Below, piece after piece: positions 9,694 through 19,167 of a stretch of DNA of 40,314 nucleotides (positions within the stretch are counted from its first letter, which is position 1; every line of letters begins with the position of its first letter). Both the position numbers and the translations under genes were made by a program. This DNA is from an uncultured Bacilli bacterium (GTDB taxonomy: Bacteria; Bacillota_I; Bacilli_A; RF39; UBA660). The notes beneath the pieces were generated by a model. It was given only the letters and a program-made list of their open reading frames with translations, did no database searches and had not been told where the DNA came from. The DNA is taken from NCBI GenBank assembly GCA_947624845.1, contig CANQMB010000002.1, forward strand, positions 1 to 40,314, written 5' to 3'.

Positions 9694-10155
9694 ATGAAAT
9701 ACGAAATTAATGAAGGAACACTAGCAATTCTTCCCATTGATTCAGAAAAAAGTAAAGTTTTTGAAGATCAAAAAGAGTATATTATCGATGAAAATCCATA
9801 TCAAATATTGGATGAAAGTTGTAAATACTTTGGAAGCAGTTATCAAGGAAGAAAAGAAGGGGCAAAAAGTATTTTAGGAGATGGCTATAAAATACCTATA
9901 GTTGTAGAAGATGGAAGAAATATTATCTTTTTTCCAACAATTTCTCCATTTGATAAAGAATGTATTTGGTTATCTTCAAAAAATATCCAAGGAATTGAAG
10001 AAATTGATGATGTAACTTCTCGAATTATTTTTAATAATTCAAGAAAAATAGAGATTCCAATTTCTTATCGATCTTTGGAAAATCAATTATTTCGTGCAAC
10101 ACGGTTAGAATCTGTCGTACGAAATAGAAAAATTAATAAGAATATGCAAAATTAG
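9694..10155 (+). CDS. comK: ComK-family competence transcription factor homolog (153 aa)
   Basis: Blocks align with B. subtilis ComK as I recall it: YEINEGTLAILP; SCKYFGSSYQGRKEGA (Bsu SCRFFGSSYAGRKAGT); IPIVV...IIFFPTIS...CIWLS; IEIPISYRSLENQLFRA (Bsu ELPISYNSFENQVYRT). Start moved to ATG 9694, behind SD AAAGGGGG. The track start is GTG 9655. Confidence 0.82.
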   Translation: MKYEINEGTLAILPIDSEKSKVFEDQKEYIIDENPYQILDESCKYFGSSYQGRKEGAKSILGDGYKIPIVVEDGRNIIFFPTISPFDKECIWLSSKNIQGIEEIDDVTSRIIFNNSRKIEIPISYRSLENQLFRATRLESVVRNRKINKNMQN

Positions 10156-10175
10156 GTGCATAAATACCCATATTA

Positions 10176-10184
10176 TGATATAAT
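10176..10184 (+). promoter_or_regulatory. extended -10 element (TGaTATAAT) upstream of recF
   Basis: TG at 10176-10177, one spacer nt, then TATAAT at 10179-10184. No good -35 is visible. Confidence 0.4.
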
Positions 10185-10252
10185 ATTCTCGTAGGTATAG
10201 GAATACTAATACAGGGATAAGGTGATAATATGGGTCTTTTTTTACCTAAATT

Positions 10253-11362
10253 ATGATTTTGCAAAAATTAAATCTTTTAAATTTTAGAAATTATGAAAAA
10301 GCATCAATTTCTTTTGGTCCAAATTTAAATATTATCATTGGTAAAAATGCACAAGGAAAAACAAATATTTTAGAAGCCATTGAAATTCTTGCTCTAACAA
10401 AATCTCATCGTAGTGGAGTTGATCCAAATTTAATTCGAATTGGAAAAGAAAAAGCAATTTTACGGGGAAGAGTAAAAGAAAATAGAATTTTAAATGATTT
10501 AGAAATAGAAATCATTACTGGTAATAAAAAAATTCAAGTCAATCAGAATAATATAAGTAGAGTTGCCGATTATATTTCATATTTAAATATTATTATGTTT
10601 ACACCAGATGACTTAGAATTAATTAAAAATTCTCCAAGTATTCGAAGAAATTTCTTAAATATCGAATTAAGTCAATTATCAAAAACTTATCTAAATACCT
10701 ATAATGAGTATAATAAAATTTTAAAAACTCGAAATGAATACTTAAAACTTCTTTTTACAAATAGTATTGCTGATAAAAAATATTTTGATATTTTAACAGA
10801 AAAATTAATTGAAAAAGCAATTATTATTTATAAAAAGAGAAAAGAATTTATTGATTGTCTAAATCAAAAAATTGATCAAATTTTTTTTGATATTTCTAAA
10901 CAAAAGAGTCTAAAAATTTTATATGAACCAAATTTAGAATTTGAAACGATGGAAGAAGATCATATCCGAGAAGTGATGAGAGAATCGTTTCAAAAAAATT
11001 ATGAAAAAGAATTAAATAATAAAATGACTTTATATGGTCCTCATCGGGATGATTTTTCCTTTTATTTAAACGATATCAATTTAAAATATTTTGGTTCTCA
11101 AGGTCAACAACGTCTTGCTATCATCTGTATGAAGTTAGCAGAAATTCCAATTTTTGAAGAAGTATGTAAGACAAAACCACTTCTTCTATTAGATGATATT
11201 TTTAGTGAATTAGATTTAGAAAAAAGAAAAAAATTATTAAAGTATATTAATAAAGATTTACAAAGTGTCATTACAACTACAGATTTAAAAAATATTCAAA
11301 AAAAATTTTTAGAAAATGCAAATATTTATTATGTTGAAGAAGGTAAAATTACAAGAAAGTAG
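10253..11362 (+). CDS. recF: DNA replication and repair protein RecF
   Basis: N-terminal LNLLNFRNY and Walker [17 protein letters not shown] signature SQGQQR and Walker [13 protein letters not shown]. Confidence 0.95.
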   Translation: MILQKLNLLNFRNYEKASISFGPNLNIIIGKNAQGKTNILEAIEILALTKSHRSGVDPNLIRIGKEKAILRGRVKENRILNDLEIEIITGNKKIQVNQNNISRVADYISYLNIIMFTPDDLELIKNSPSIRRNFLNIELSQLSKTYLNTYNEYNKILKTRNEYLKLLFTNSIADKKYFDILTEKLIEKAIIIYKKRKEFIDCLNQKIDQIFFDISKQKSLKILYEPNLEFETMEEDHIREVMRESFQKNYEKELNNKMTLYGPHRDDFSFYLNDINLKYFGSQGQQRLAIICMKLAEIPIFEEVCKTKPLLLLDDIFSELDLEKRKKLLKYINKDLQSVITTTDLKNIQKKFLENANIYYVEEGKITRK

Positions 11363-11369
11363 GGATAAT

Positions 11370-13286
11370 GTGGAAGAAAAAAAATATGATTCATCATCAA
11401 TTCAAGTATTAGAGGGATTAGAAGCTGTAAGAAAACGTCCAGGAATGTATATTGGAACAACGAGTTCTAGAGGACTCCACCATTTAGTATGGGAAATTGT
11501 GGATAATGCAATTGATGAGGCTCTAGCAGGATTTTGTACTCATATTGAAGTAATTATTGGAAAAGAAAATACAATTACTGTAAAAGATAATGGTCGTGGA
11601 ATTCCTGTAGATATTCATCCAAAAACAAAAAAGAGTACAGTTGAAACTGTCTATACTGTTTTGCATGCTGGTGGAAAATTTGGAGGCGGCGGATATAAAG
11701 TATCTGGAGGACTTCATGGTGTTGGAGCCAGTGTAGTGAATGCTCTTAGTAGTTGGTTAGAAGTTCGTGTTTATCGAGATGGAAAAGTATATTTTCAGCG
11801 ATATAGTAATGGGGGACATGCGGAAGATGAACTTAAAATTATAGAAGAATGTGCAAAAGATCGGACAGGAACAACCGTAACATTTAAACCAGATCCTAAT
11901 ATTTTTACAGAAACGACGACTTTTGAGTACGAAATTTTAAAAATCAGACTTCGAGAACTTGCTTTTTTAAATAAAGGATTACGTATTTCTTTATATGATG
12001 AAAGAGAAGTTGATAAAAGTGATTCTTTCTGTTATGAAGGTGGTTTAAAAGAATATGTTACAATGTTAAATCAATCAAAAAATCCAATTCATGAAACAAT
12101 CATTGATATTTCAGGAGTAGATAAAGATATTTCATTAGAAGTTGCACTTCAATATAATGAAACTTATAATTCTAGTATTTATTCTTTTGTTAATAATATT
12201 ACAACCCCTGAAGGAGGAACTCATGAAGATGGTGTCAGAAGGGCATTAACTAGAATTTTGAACAAATATGCAGTTTCCAGTGGAATGCTTAAAAATAATG
12301 ATGATTCTTTAACAGGAGATGATGTTCGAGAAGGTTTAACGATGATTATTTCCATCAAACATCCAAATCCACAGTTTGAAGGTCAAACAAAAACAAAATT
12401 AGGAAATGCAGAAGTTCGTGGAATTTCTGATAAAATATTTTCTACTGCCTTTGAAAGATTCTTAATGGAGCATCCAGATGAGGCCAGAGCGATTGTCGAT
12501 AAAGGAATGACTGCATCTCGTGCGAGAGTTGCTGCGAAGAAAGCTCGTGAACTTACAAGAAGAAAAGGGGATTTGGATATTACAAACTTCTATGGAAAAC
12601 TTTCTGATTGTAAAAGCAAAGATGCTTCTGTCAGTGAAATATTCTTAGTCGAGGGAGATTCTGCAGGTGGATCTGCAATTAAAGGTAGAAATAGTATGAC
12701 TCAAGCAATTTTACCTCTTCGTGGAAAAATTTTAAATGTGGAAAAAGCTAGATTGGATAGAGCTTTATCCAATGAGGAAATTAGAACAATTATTACTGCT
12801 TTTGGAACAGGAATTGGTGAAGAATTTGATTTAAGTAAATTGAGATATCATAAAATCATTATCATGACCGATGCTGATGTGGATGGATCTCATATTCGAG
12901 TATTATTATTAACTTTATTTTATCGCTTTTTTAGACCAATTGTGGAAGCGGGTCATGTTTTTGCAGCTCAACCACCACTTTTTGTAATCAAACATGGAAA
13001 AACAATTAAATATGTATTAAATGAAACAGAAAGAGATGAATATTTAGCATCTCTTCCTGAAAATACAAAATATGAAATTGCTCGGATGAAAGGTTTAGGA
13101 GAAATGGATGCCGAGGAATTAAATGAAACTACAATGGATATTGAAAAAAGAGTTTTAAGACAAATTACTGTAGAAGATGCAATGCTTGCAGATGAAACCT
13201 TCGCTCAATTAATGGGGGAAGAAGTAGAACCACGACGCAATTTTATTGAAGAAAATGCAGTTTATGTAGAAAATTTAGATGTTTAG
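11370..13286 (+). CDS. gyrB: DNA gyrase subunit B
   Basis: [19 protein letters not shown], the Toprim block [14 protein letters not shown], and [12 protein letters not shown]. Start set at GTG 11370, giving 9 aa before IQVLEGL as in other GyrB. The track ORF start at 11316 overlaps recF. Confidence 0.93.
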   Translation: MEEKKYDSSSIQVLEGLEAVRKRPGMYIGTTSSRGLHHLVWEIVDNAIDEALAGFCTHIEVIIGKENTITVKDNGRGIPVDIHPKTKKSTVETVYTVLHAGGKFGGGGYKVSGGLHGVGASVVNALSSWLEVRVYRDGKVYFQRYSNGGHAEDELKIIEECAKDRTGTTVTFKPDPNIFTETTTFEYEILKIRLRELAFLNKGLRISLYDEREVDKSDSFCYEGGLKEYVTMLNQSKNPIHETIIDISGVDKDISLEVALQYNETYNSSIYSFVNNITTPEGGTHEDGVRRALTRILNKYAVSSGMLKNNDDSLTGDDVREGLTMIISIKHPNPQFEGQTKTKLGNAEVRGISDKIFSTAFERFLMEHPDEARAIVDKGMTASRARVAAKKARELTRRKGDLDITNFYGKLSDCKSKDASVSEIFLVEGDSAGGSAIKGRNSMTQAILPLRGKILNVEKARLDRALSNEEIRTIITAFGTGIGEEFDLSKLRYHKIIIMTDADVDGSHIRVLLLTLFYRFFRPIVEAGHVFAAQPPLFVIKHGKTIKYVLNETERDEYLASLPENTKYEIARMKGLGEMDAEELNETTMDIEKRVLRQITVEDAMLADETFAQLMGEEVEPRRNFIEENAVYVENLDV

Positions 13287-13298
13287 GAGGTGCGGCAA

Positions 13299-15767
13299 AT
13301 GGATAGATTAGAAAAAAATAATATTGTAAATGAAGTAAGAAACTCCTTTCTAGAATATTCGATGAGCGTTATTGTCGCAAGAGCTTTACCAGATTTAAGA
13401 GATGGATTAAAACCAGTTCATCGACGTATTTTATATTCAATGTATGAATCTGGATATACGCCAGATAAACCCCATAAAAAAAGTGCTAAAACTGTAGGGG
13501 AAGTCATGGGAAATTATCATCCTCATGGAGATTCAAGTATTTATGAAGCGATGGTTCGAATGGCTCAAGATTTTTCTTATCGTTATATGTTAATTGATGG
13601 GCATGGAAACTTTGGTAATATTGAAGGTTATGGTGCAGCCGCTATGCGTTATACGGAAGCACGACTTTCTAAAATTTCTTTAGAACTTCTTAGAAATATT
13701 AATAAAAATACAGTAAATTTTATTCCAAACTTTGATGAAACAACGAAAGAACCAGAAGTTTTGCCTTCTCGTTTTCCAAATATTTTAGTCAATGGTACTA
13801 TGGGAATTGCTGTTGGTATGGCAACCAACATTCCTCCACATAATTTAGGAGAAGTGATTGATGGATGTATTGCCTATATTGATAATCCAGATATTGATGT
13901 CGATGGATTAATGCAATATATTAAAGGACCAGATTTTCCAACAGGAGCGACGATTCTTGGAAATAGTGGAATTAAAAAGGCTTACGAGACTGGTAGAGGT
14001 AGTATTACAATTCGAAGTAAAGCTCGTATTGAAGAAGACAAAGGCAAACATTATATCATTATTGATGAAGTTCCTTATGGTGTAAATACGCTTGATTTAA
14101 AAAATAAAGTTGCTGATTTAGTTCATAATAAAGTAATTGATGGAATCGCGGATTATCATACTGATTTAAAAGATGGTATTAAAATTACAATTACATTAAA
14201 GAAAGATGCCAATCCTCAAGTTGTATTGAATAATTTATATAAACATACTGCCTTTCAAACGAATTTTGGAATTATTTTCTTAATGCTTGATCAAGGAGTT
14301 CCAAAAACATTGGGATTAAAAGAAATTATTTCCAAATATATTGATTATCAGAAAGAAATTATTATTCGAAGAACTCGATTTGATTTAGAAAAAGATGAAG
14401 CTCGTGCTCATATATTAGAAGGCTTGAAAATAGCATTAGATCATATTGATGAAATTATTAATTTAATTCGTTCTTCAGATAGTGATGAAGAAGCAATACA
14501 AGGCCTTATGGGAAAATATCATTTATCTGAGGCTCAGTCACAAGCAATATTAGATATGCGTCTTAAGAGATTAACAGGCTTGGAAAGAACTAAAATAGAA
14601 AACGAACTTGCTGATTTATTAAAGGAAATTGAAGAATTAAAATCAATTTTAGCAAGTGAGGAAAAAGTATTACAAATCATTAAAGAAGAAATGTTAGAAA
14701 TCAAAAATAAATATAGCGATGAACGTCGTACTAACATTGATATGACTGCAATTGAATATATAGAGGATGAGTCTTTGATTCCAGTAGAAGATATTATTGT
14801 AACACTTACAAATAATGGATATGTCAAGAGATTAAAATCAGATACTTATCGTTCTCAAAATCGCGGTGGTGTGGGAATTAAAGGAATGACAACCAATGAA
14901 GAAGACTTTGTTAAACATTTAATTAACATGAAAACTCATGACTATATTTTATTCTTCTCTAACAAAGGCCGTGTTTATCGATTAAAAGGATATGAAATAC
15001 CAGAATTTAGCAGACAATCAAAAGGACTGCCAATTATTAATCTATTATCATTAGAAAAAGACGAAAATATTAGTTCGATAATTAAAATTGATTCAGACCA
15101 AAGTGAAGAAAATGATGAATATTTATTCTTTACAACTAAAAATGGATTAGTAAAACGAACTGCTATGAGTGAATTTGATAGTATTCGCAAAAGTGGAAAA
15201 ATTGCTATTATATTAAAAGATAATGATGAATTAATCAATGTTTCGAAGACAACAGGTGAAAATGAAATTGTTTTAGGTGCTCATAATGGTCGAATGGTTC
15301 ATTTTAATGAAAATGAAGTTCGAATAATGGGACGAAGTACTTCTGGTGTTAAAGGAATGGAATTAGATGGAAGTTATATTGTTGGTGCAGAAGTTATTAA
15401 TCCAAATCAATTAATATTGATTGTTACTGAAAACGGTTATGGAAAACAGACAGCTATTGAAGAATATCGTTTAACTCATCGTGGTAGTAAAGGAGTAAAA
15501 GCATTAAATATAACTGATAAAAATGGTGAAATGGTATCTTTAAATACTGTGGATACATCAAAGGAGCAAGATATTATTATTGTCAGCGATAGTGGAATTG
15601 TAATGAGAATGCCTTTGGAACAAGTATCAACATTAAAAAGAGCCACTCAAGGTGTACGTTTAATTCATTTAAAAGATAATCAAAAAGTTGCTACTGTAAC
15701 CATTGTTGAAAAAGAAAATGAAGAAATGGAAGAAAATACTTCAGATGAACAAATAGAAGCAGAATAA
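13299..15767 (+). CDS. gyrA: DNA gyrase subunit A
   Basis: [19 protein letters not shown] and [17 protein letters not shown] (QRDR). Active-site [13 protein letters not shown] 13299 lies 8 nt after GGAGG. Confidence 0.95.
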   Translation: MDRLEKNNIVNEVRNSFLEYSMSVIVARALPDLRDGLKPVHRRILYSMYESGYTPDKPHKKSAKTVGEVMGNYHPHGDSSIYEAMVRMAQDFSYRYMLIDGHGNFGNIEGYGAAAMRYTEARLSKISLELLRNINKNTVNFIPNFDETTKEPEVLPSRFPNILVNGTMGIAVGMATNIPPHNLGEVIDGCIAYIDNPDIDVDGLMQYIKGPDFPTGATILGNSGIKKAYETGRGSITIRSKARIEEDKGKHYIIIDEVPYGVNTLDLKNKVADLVHNKVIDGIADYHTDLKDGIKITITLKKDANPQVVLNNLYKHTAFQTNFGIIFLMLDQGVPKTLGLKEIISKYIDYQKEIIIRRTRFDLEKDEARAHILEGLKIALDHIDEIINLIRSSDSDEEAIQGLMGKYHLSEAQSQAILDMRLKRLTGLERTKIENELADLLKEIEELKSILASEEKVLQIIKEEMLEIKNKYSDERRTNIDMTAIEYIEDESLIPVEDIIVTLTNNGYVKRLKSDTYRSQNRGGVGIKGMTTNEEDFVKHLINMKTHDYILFFSNKGRVYRLKGYEIPEFSRQSKGLPIINLLSLEKDENISSIIKIDSDQSEENDEYLFFTTKNGLVKRTAMSEFDSIRKSGKIAIILKDNDELINVSKTTGENEIVLGAHNGRMVHFNENEVRIMGRSTSGVKGMELDGSYIVGAEVINPNQLILIVTENGYGKQTAIEEYRLTHRGSKGVKALNITDKNGEMVSLNTVDTSKEQDIIIVSDSGIVMRMPLEQVSTLKRATQGVRLIHLKDNQKVATVTIVEKENEEMEENTSDEQIEAE

Positions 15768-15783
15768 TGCTTCTATTTGTTTT
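15751..15783 (+). terminator. hairpin overlapping the gyrA stop codon
   Basis: AAATAGAAGC (15751-15760) pairs with GCTTCTATTT (15769-15778). The TAA stop is in the loop and a T-rich tail follows. Confidence 0.5.
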
Positions 15784-15831
15784 ATGTTTCACGTGAAACA
15801 TTGCCAAATTATTTCCCGGGAAATAATTTTA
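15784..15831. repeat. composite palindromic repeat, left copy (PalA + PalB)
   Basis: ATGTTTCACGTGAAACAT (18-bp palindrome), then TGCC, then AAATTATTTCCCGGGAAATAATTT (24-bp palindrome). The 48 bp are the exact reverse complement of 16434-16481. Confidence 0.95.
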
Positions 15832-15850
15832 AATTAAATTTATTAATAAT

Positions 15851-15879
15851 TTGCAATATTTAAATGTTTGTAATATAAT
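15851..15879 (+). promoter_or_regulatory. sigma-A type promoter for the SRP RNA (and probably tadA)
   Basis: -35 TTGCAA (15851-15856), 17-nt spacer, consensus -10 TATAAT (15874-15879). Confidence 0.7.
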
Positions 15880-15885
15880 AAATAC

Positions 15886-15965
15886 GATGCAATGAATAGG
15901 TTGGAATCAGGTCAGAATCGGAAGATAGCAGCCTTAACAATTTTTATTCATGTGCATCATTTATT
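15886..15965 (+). ncRNA. ffs: small (4.5S-like) signal recognition particle RNA
   Basis: Domain IV signature CAGGUCAGAAUCGGAAGAUAGCAGCC, compared with E. coli AGGUCAGGUCCGGAAGGAAGCAGCC. The GGAA tetraloop is closed by AUC/GAU. A long closing helix pairs GAUGCA.UGAAUA with UAUUCA..UGCAUC, followed by a U-run. The ends are approximate. Confidence 0.8.
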
Positions 15966-15980
15966 TTGGAGTGAAAATTT

Positions 15981-16427
15981 ATGTATAATCAAAAATTTAT
16001 GAAACTTGCTATTGAAGAAGCAAAAACAGCCTTAAATGAAGAAGAAGTACCTATTGGTGCTGTTATTGTAAAGAATAATCAAGTAATATCTACAGGATAT
16101 AATCAAAAAAATGGTTCTAATTTTGTTACAAAACATGCTGAAATTATAGCAATTGAAAAAGCAAATCAAATTTTAAATAATTGGCGCTTGATCGATTGTG
16201 ATATTTATATAACTTTAGAACCTTGTCCAATGTGTATGAGTGCAATTCAACAAGCAAGAATAAAAAATGTTTTTTATGGAATTTCTAATCGGGATTTAAA
16301 CAATGAAAAAATTATTAAAGAAATTGCTAAAAAAAATCAAACAAATCCAGAAGTTTTATTACATCACGGATATATGATTTCAGAAATTGAAAATCTTATG
16401 AATAAATTTTTTTTAAAACATCGCTAA
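15981..16427 (+). CDS. tadA: tRNA-specific adenosine-34 deaminase TadA
   Basis: CDA zinc motifs HAEIIAI and PCPMCMSAI. 148 aa. GGAG lies 9 nt upstream. Confidence 0.93.
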   Translation: MYNQKFMKLAIEEAKTALNEEEVPIGAVIVKNNQVISTGYNQKNGSNFVTKHAEIIAIEKANQILNNWRLIDCDIYITLEPCPMCMSAIQQARIKNVFYGISNRDLNNEKIIKEIAKKNQTNPEVLLHHGYMISEIENLMNKFFLKHR

Positions 16428-16433
16428 AAAACA

Positions 16434-16481
16434 TAAAATTATTTCCCGGGAAATAATTTGGCAATGTTTCACGTGAAACAT
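16434..16481. repeat. composite palindromic repeat, right copy (PalB + PalA)
   Basis: Exact 48/48 reverse complement of 15784-15831. It starts 7 nt after the tadA stop codon. Confidence 0.95.
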
Positions 16482-16525
16482 TGCATCGTTGTTTACTAAA
16501 ACTAGTTTAATTATAAGGGTATTTA

Positions 16526-16534
16526 TGATATAAT
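16526..16534 (+). promoter_or_regulatory. extended -10 element (TGaTATAAT) upstream of dnaX
   Basis: TG at 16526-16527 and TATAAT at 16529-16534. The -35 is weak. Confidence 0.4.
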
Positions 16535-16561
16535 ATAAGTATATTGAATGGGGGCAAATGT

Positions 16562-18232
16562 ATGTATCAAGCATTGTATAGAAAGTATAGACCCATTGTC
16601 TTTAAGGATGTTGTCGGTCAAAAATCTATTGTCAAAGTTTTACAAAATTCAATTTTAAATCAACATATTGGTCATGCTTATATGTTTTTTGGTCCTAGAG
16701 GAACAGGAAAAACATCTTTAGCAAAAATTTTTGCCCGAACAATTAATTGTCAAAGTTTATCCGGTGGGGAAATTTGTCAAAAATGTGATTCGTGCAAAGA
16801 AATGTTATCAACAAATTGTGTTGATATTATTGAAATTGATGCAGCATCTAATAATGGTGTTGATGAAATTCGAGAATTAAAAAGTAAAATAAATTTAGTT
16901 CCAGCACAATTAAAATATAAGGTTTATATTATTGATGAAGTTCATATGTTATCCATTGGTGCATTTAATGCTTTGCTAAAAACATTAGAAGAACCACCAG
17001 AACATATTGTTTTTATCTTGGCAACAACAGATCCTCAAAAGGTACCTGAAACAATTAAATCCAGATGTCAATGCTTTAACTTTAAACGTATTAGTCATAA
17101 TGACATTGTTCAAAAATTGACTGAAATTTGTCAAAAAGAAAAGAAAAATGTGGACGAAGAAGTACTTAAAAACATCGCTATTTCTTCTAATGGCGGATTG
17201 AGAGATTCTATTGGAATGTTAGATATGCTTTGTTCTACTTATAATCAAAAGATTACGATGAAAGAATATGTGGAAATTAATGATTTGATAGAAGATGAAG
17301 AAATTCAAACTATTTTAACAGAAATCTTTGAAGCAAAGACGAATGATTTATTAGCACATATTGAAAAAATAAATAATTCTGGAAAAAATTTGTTGTCGAT
17401 TAGTGATTTGATTTTGCAAAAATGTAGAGATTCTATTGTAAATTATTATAGAAATAAAGAAAAATTGGAATTTTCTTTAGATTTGTTAGAAGATTTTGCT
17501 TTTATGTTAAATGAGAAAAATTATGATTTCAAAAGAGCAGCAAATCCAAAAATTTATTTTGAAATGCTATTATTAAAATTTATAAATGATCATATTAAAA
17601 TAGAAAAAGAGCCAAAAATTATTTCCCGGGAAATAATTATAGAACAAAAATTCGATAAAAAAACAGAACAAGAAGTAAAAACTGAAGATTTGAATGAGAA
17701 AAAAGAAAGAGAAACCTTTTCTGAGAAAGATTCTTATGATAAAATAGAAAAAGATTATTTAGATGAATATCACAAAATTATGGATATTCGAGTAAATAAT
17801 ACACTATGTAAGGCAGAAAAAGAATTATTGAATACAACAAAAGAAAAATTTCAATTGTTGAGTGAATATGTTTTTGATCAAGAAATAGGATATTTGGTTT
17901 GTGAATTGATGGATGGAACCGTTCGGGCGGTAAGTCCTGAAAATATTGTTATTAGTTTTGAATATGATTCTATGATTGACACAAATATTAAAAATATTGA
18001 TTTATTACAAAAAACAATGGAAAAAATTACCAATTTAGATCAAAAACTTGCCTTTATTACTGATGAAGAATGGAATCAACAAAGAAAAAAATATATTCAG
18101 TTACTTAAAACAGGAAAAAATTATACTTATATTGATGAGCCTTCTTTACCAGTAATTCCAAAAATCGAAAAGAAAGAAAGTATATTAAATCATGCCCAAA
18201 AATTATTTGGCGATATTGTAGAGGAGGAATAA
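16562..18232 (+). CDS. dnaX: DNA polymerase III subunit tau (DnaX), 556 aa
   Basis: MYQALYRKYRP, Walker A GPRGTGKTS, a Zn module CQSL..CQKCDSC, IIDEVHMLS and NALLKTLEEPP. ATG 16562 sits behind a GGGGG SD. The track start is TTG 16544. Confidence 0.95.
   Translation: MYQALYRKYRPIVFKDVVGQKSIVKVLQNSILNQHIGHAYMFFGPRGTGKTSLAKIFARTINCQSLSGGEICQKCDSCKEMLSTNCVDIIEIDAASNNGVDEIRELKSKINLVPAQLKYKVYIIDEVHMLSIGAFNALLKTLEEPPEHIVFILATTDPQKVPETIKSRCQCFNFKRISHNDIVQKLTEICQKEKKNVDEEVLKNIAISSNGGLRDSIGMLDMLCSTYNQKITMKEYVEINDLIEDEEIQTILTEIFEAKTNDLLAHIEKINNSGKNLLSISDLILQKCRDSIVNYYRNKEKLEFSLDLLEDFAFMLNEKNYDFKRAANPKIYFEMLLLKFINDHIKIEKEPKIISREIIIEQKFDKKTEQEVKTEDLNEKKERETFSEKDSYDKIEKDYLDEYHKIMDIRVNNTLCKAEKELLNTTKEKFQLLSEYVFDQEIGYLVCELMDGTVRAVSPENIVISFEYDSMIDTNIKNIDLLQKTMEKITNLDQKLAFITDEEWNQQRKKYIQLLKTGKNYTYIDEPSLPVIPKIEKKESILNHAQKLFGDIVEEE
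17617..17638. repeat. third copy of the PalB palindrome, inside the dnaX coding sequence
   Basis: AATTATTTCCCGGGAAATAATT is a 22-bp perfect palindrome. It shares the 5' context GCCAAA with the left intergenic copy. It is read in-frame as K-I-I-S-R-E-I-I. Confidence 0.9.
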
Positions 18233-18233
18233 A

Positions 18234-18530
18234 ATGAATATTCAAGCCATGATGAAGCATGCGCAAACATTACAAAAGGAAATGCTAAAAGCAAAAGAAG
18301 AAATTGATAATACTACATTTGTAGGAGAAAGTTCATTTGTAAAAGTTACAGTCAATGGAAAAAAAGAACTTGTCAAGATCGATATATCAAAAGATGAGGG
18401 TATAGAAAAAGAAGATATTGAAATGTTAGAAGATATGATTGTTATTGCCATAAATAATGCAATGAAACAAGTTGATGAAATGACAGAACAAAAAATGGGT
18501 AAATTTGGAAATATGACGGGATTGTTTTAA
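18234..18530 (+). CDS. ybaB: nucleoid-associated protein YbaB/EbfC
   Basis: 98 aa with an MMKHAQTLQKEM start, between dnaX and recR as in most bacteria. Confidence 0.9.
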   Translation: MNIQAMMKHAQTLQKEMLKAKEEIDNTTFVGESSFVKVTVNGKKELVKIDISKDEGIEKEDIEMLEDMIVIAINNAMKQVDEMTEQKMGKFGNMTGLF

Positions 18531-18532
18531 TT

Positions 18533-19129
18533 ATGTATCCAGAAAGTTTGCAAGAATTAATTCAATCTTTTCGTTATTTACCAGGAATTGGGGAAAAAAC
18601 AGCGGAGCGGTTTGCTTTTGCTGTTTTAGGAATGGATGTAGAAAAAATAGAAATATTTTCTGAAAATATTAAACAGGTCAAAGAAAAGATTCATCCCTGT
18701 AAAGTGTGTAATACTTTAACGGAAAAAGAAGTATGTTCCATTTGTTCTTCTGAAAATCGAAATAGCAAACTTCTTTGCATTGTCGAAGATGTCAAAAATG
18801 TCTTTTTGTTTGAAAAACTTGGAATGTATAAAGGATTATATCATGTTTTAAATGGTTTGATATCCCCATTAGAAGGAATCAATCCCGAAGATATTGGAAT
18901 TAATCAGTTATTAAAAAGAATTCAAGAAGGAAATTTTGAAGAAATTATTTTTGCTTTTCGTCCCAGTATAGAAGGAGAGACAACCGCCTTATATATTAAA
19001 CAAATTCTAAGTGGATTAAATATAAAAATTACAAAATTAGCTAGTGGTGTCCCAATGGGTGCCGATATGGAATATTTGGATTCGTTAACCTTAGAAAAGG
19101 CTTTAGTGGATCGTAAAGAAATAACATAA
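18533..19129 (+). CDS. recR: recombination protein RecR
   Basis: LPGIGEKTAERFAF helix-hairpin-helix, C4 zinc finger CKVCNTLTEKEVCSIC, and a Toprim region. Confidence 0.94.
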   Translation: MYPESLQELIQSFRYLPGIGEKTAERFAFAVLGMDVEKIEIFSENIKQVKEKIHPCKVCNTLTEKEVCSICSSENRNSKLLCIVEDVKNVFLFEKLGMYKGLYHVLNGLISPLEGINPEDIGINQLLKRIQEGNFEEIIFAFRPSIEGETTALYIKQILSGLNIKITKLASGVPMGADMEYLDSLTLEKALVDRKEIT

Positions 19130-19167
19130 ATAAAAAATAAAATCATATTCTATATTGGGTGAAACAT

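Noticed and set aside
15815-15820. CCCGGG (SmaI/XmaI) and CACGTG (PmlI) cores as cloning scars or an engineered cassette
   Set aside because: The sites are embedded in long AT-rich perfect palindromes. These occur three times, including in-frame within an intact essential gene, and there is no vector-like sequence around them. A natural repeat family is the simpler reading. They could still be restriction-modification target sites.
15784-16481. The inverted-repeat-bounded ffs-tadA segment as a transposon or MITE
   Set aside because: I see no transposase and no target-site duplication flanking the repeats (TTT/AA on the left versus AT/TGC on the right). The cargo is two essential housekeeping genes. 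It is described as a repeat-bracketed cassette instead.
17609-17640. Canonical E. coli-type dnaX -1 frameshift signal
   Set aside because: There is no X XXY YYZ slippery heptamer; only CCA AAA A is present. The hairpin starts inside the A-run rather than 5-9 nt downstream. The observation is kept as a low-probability alternative in the findings and is not annotated as a recoding site.
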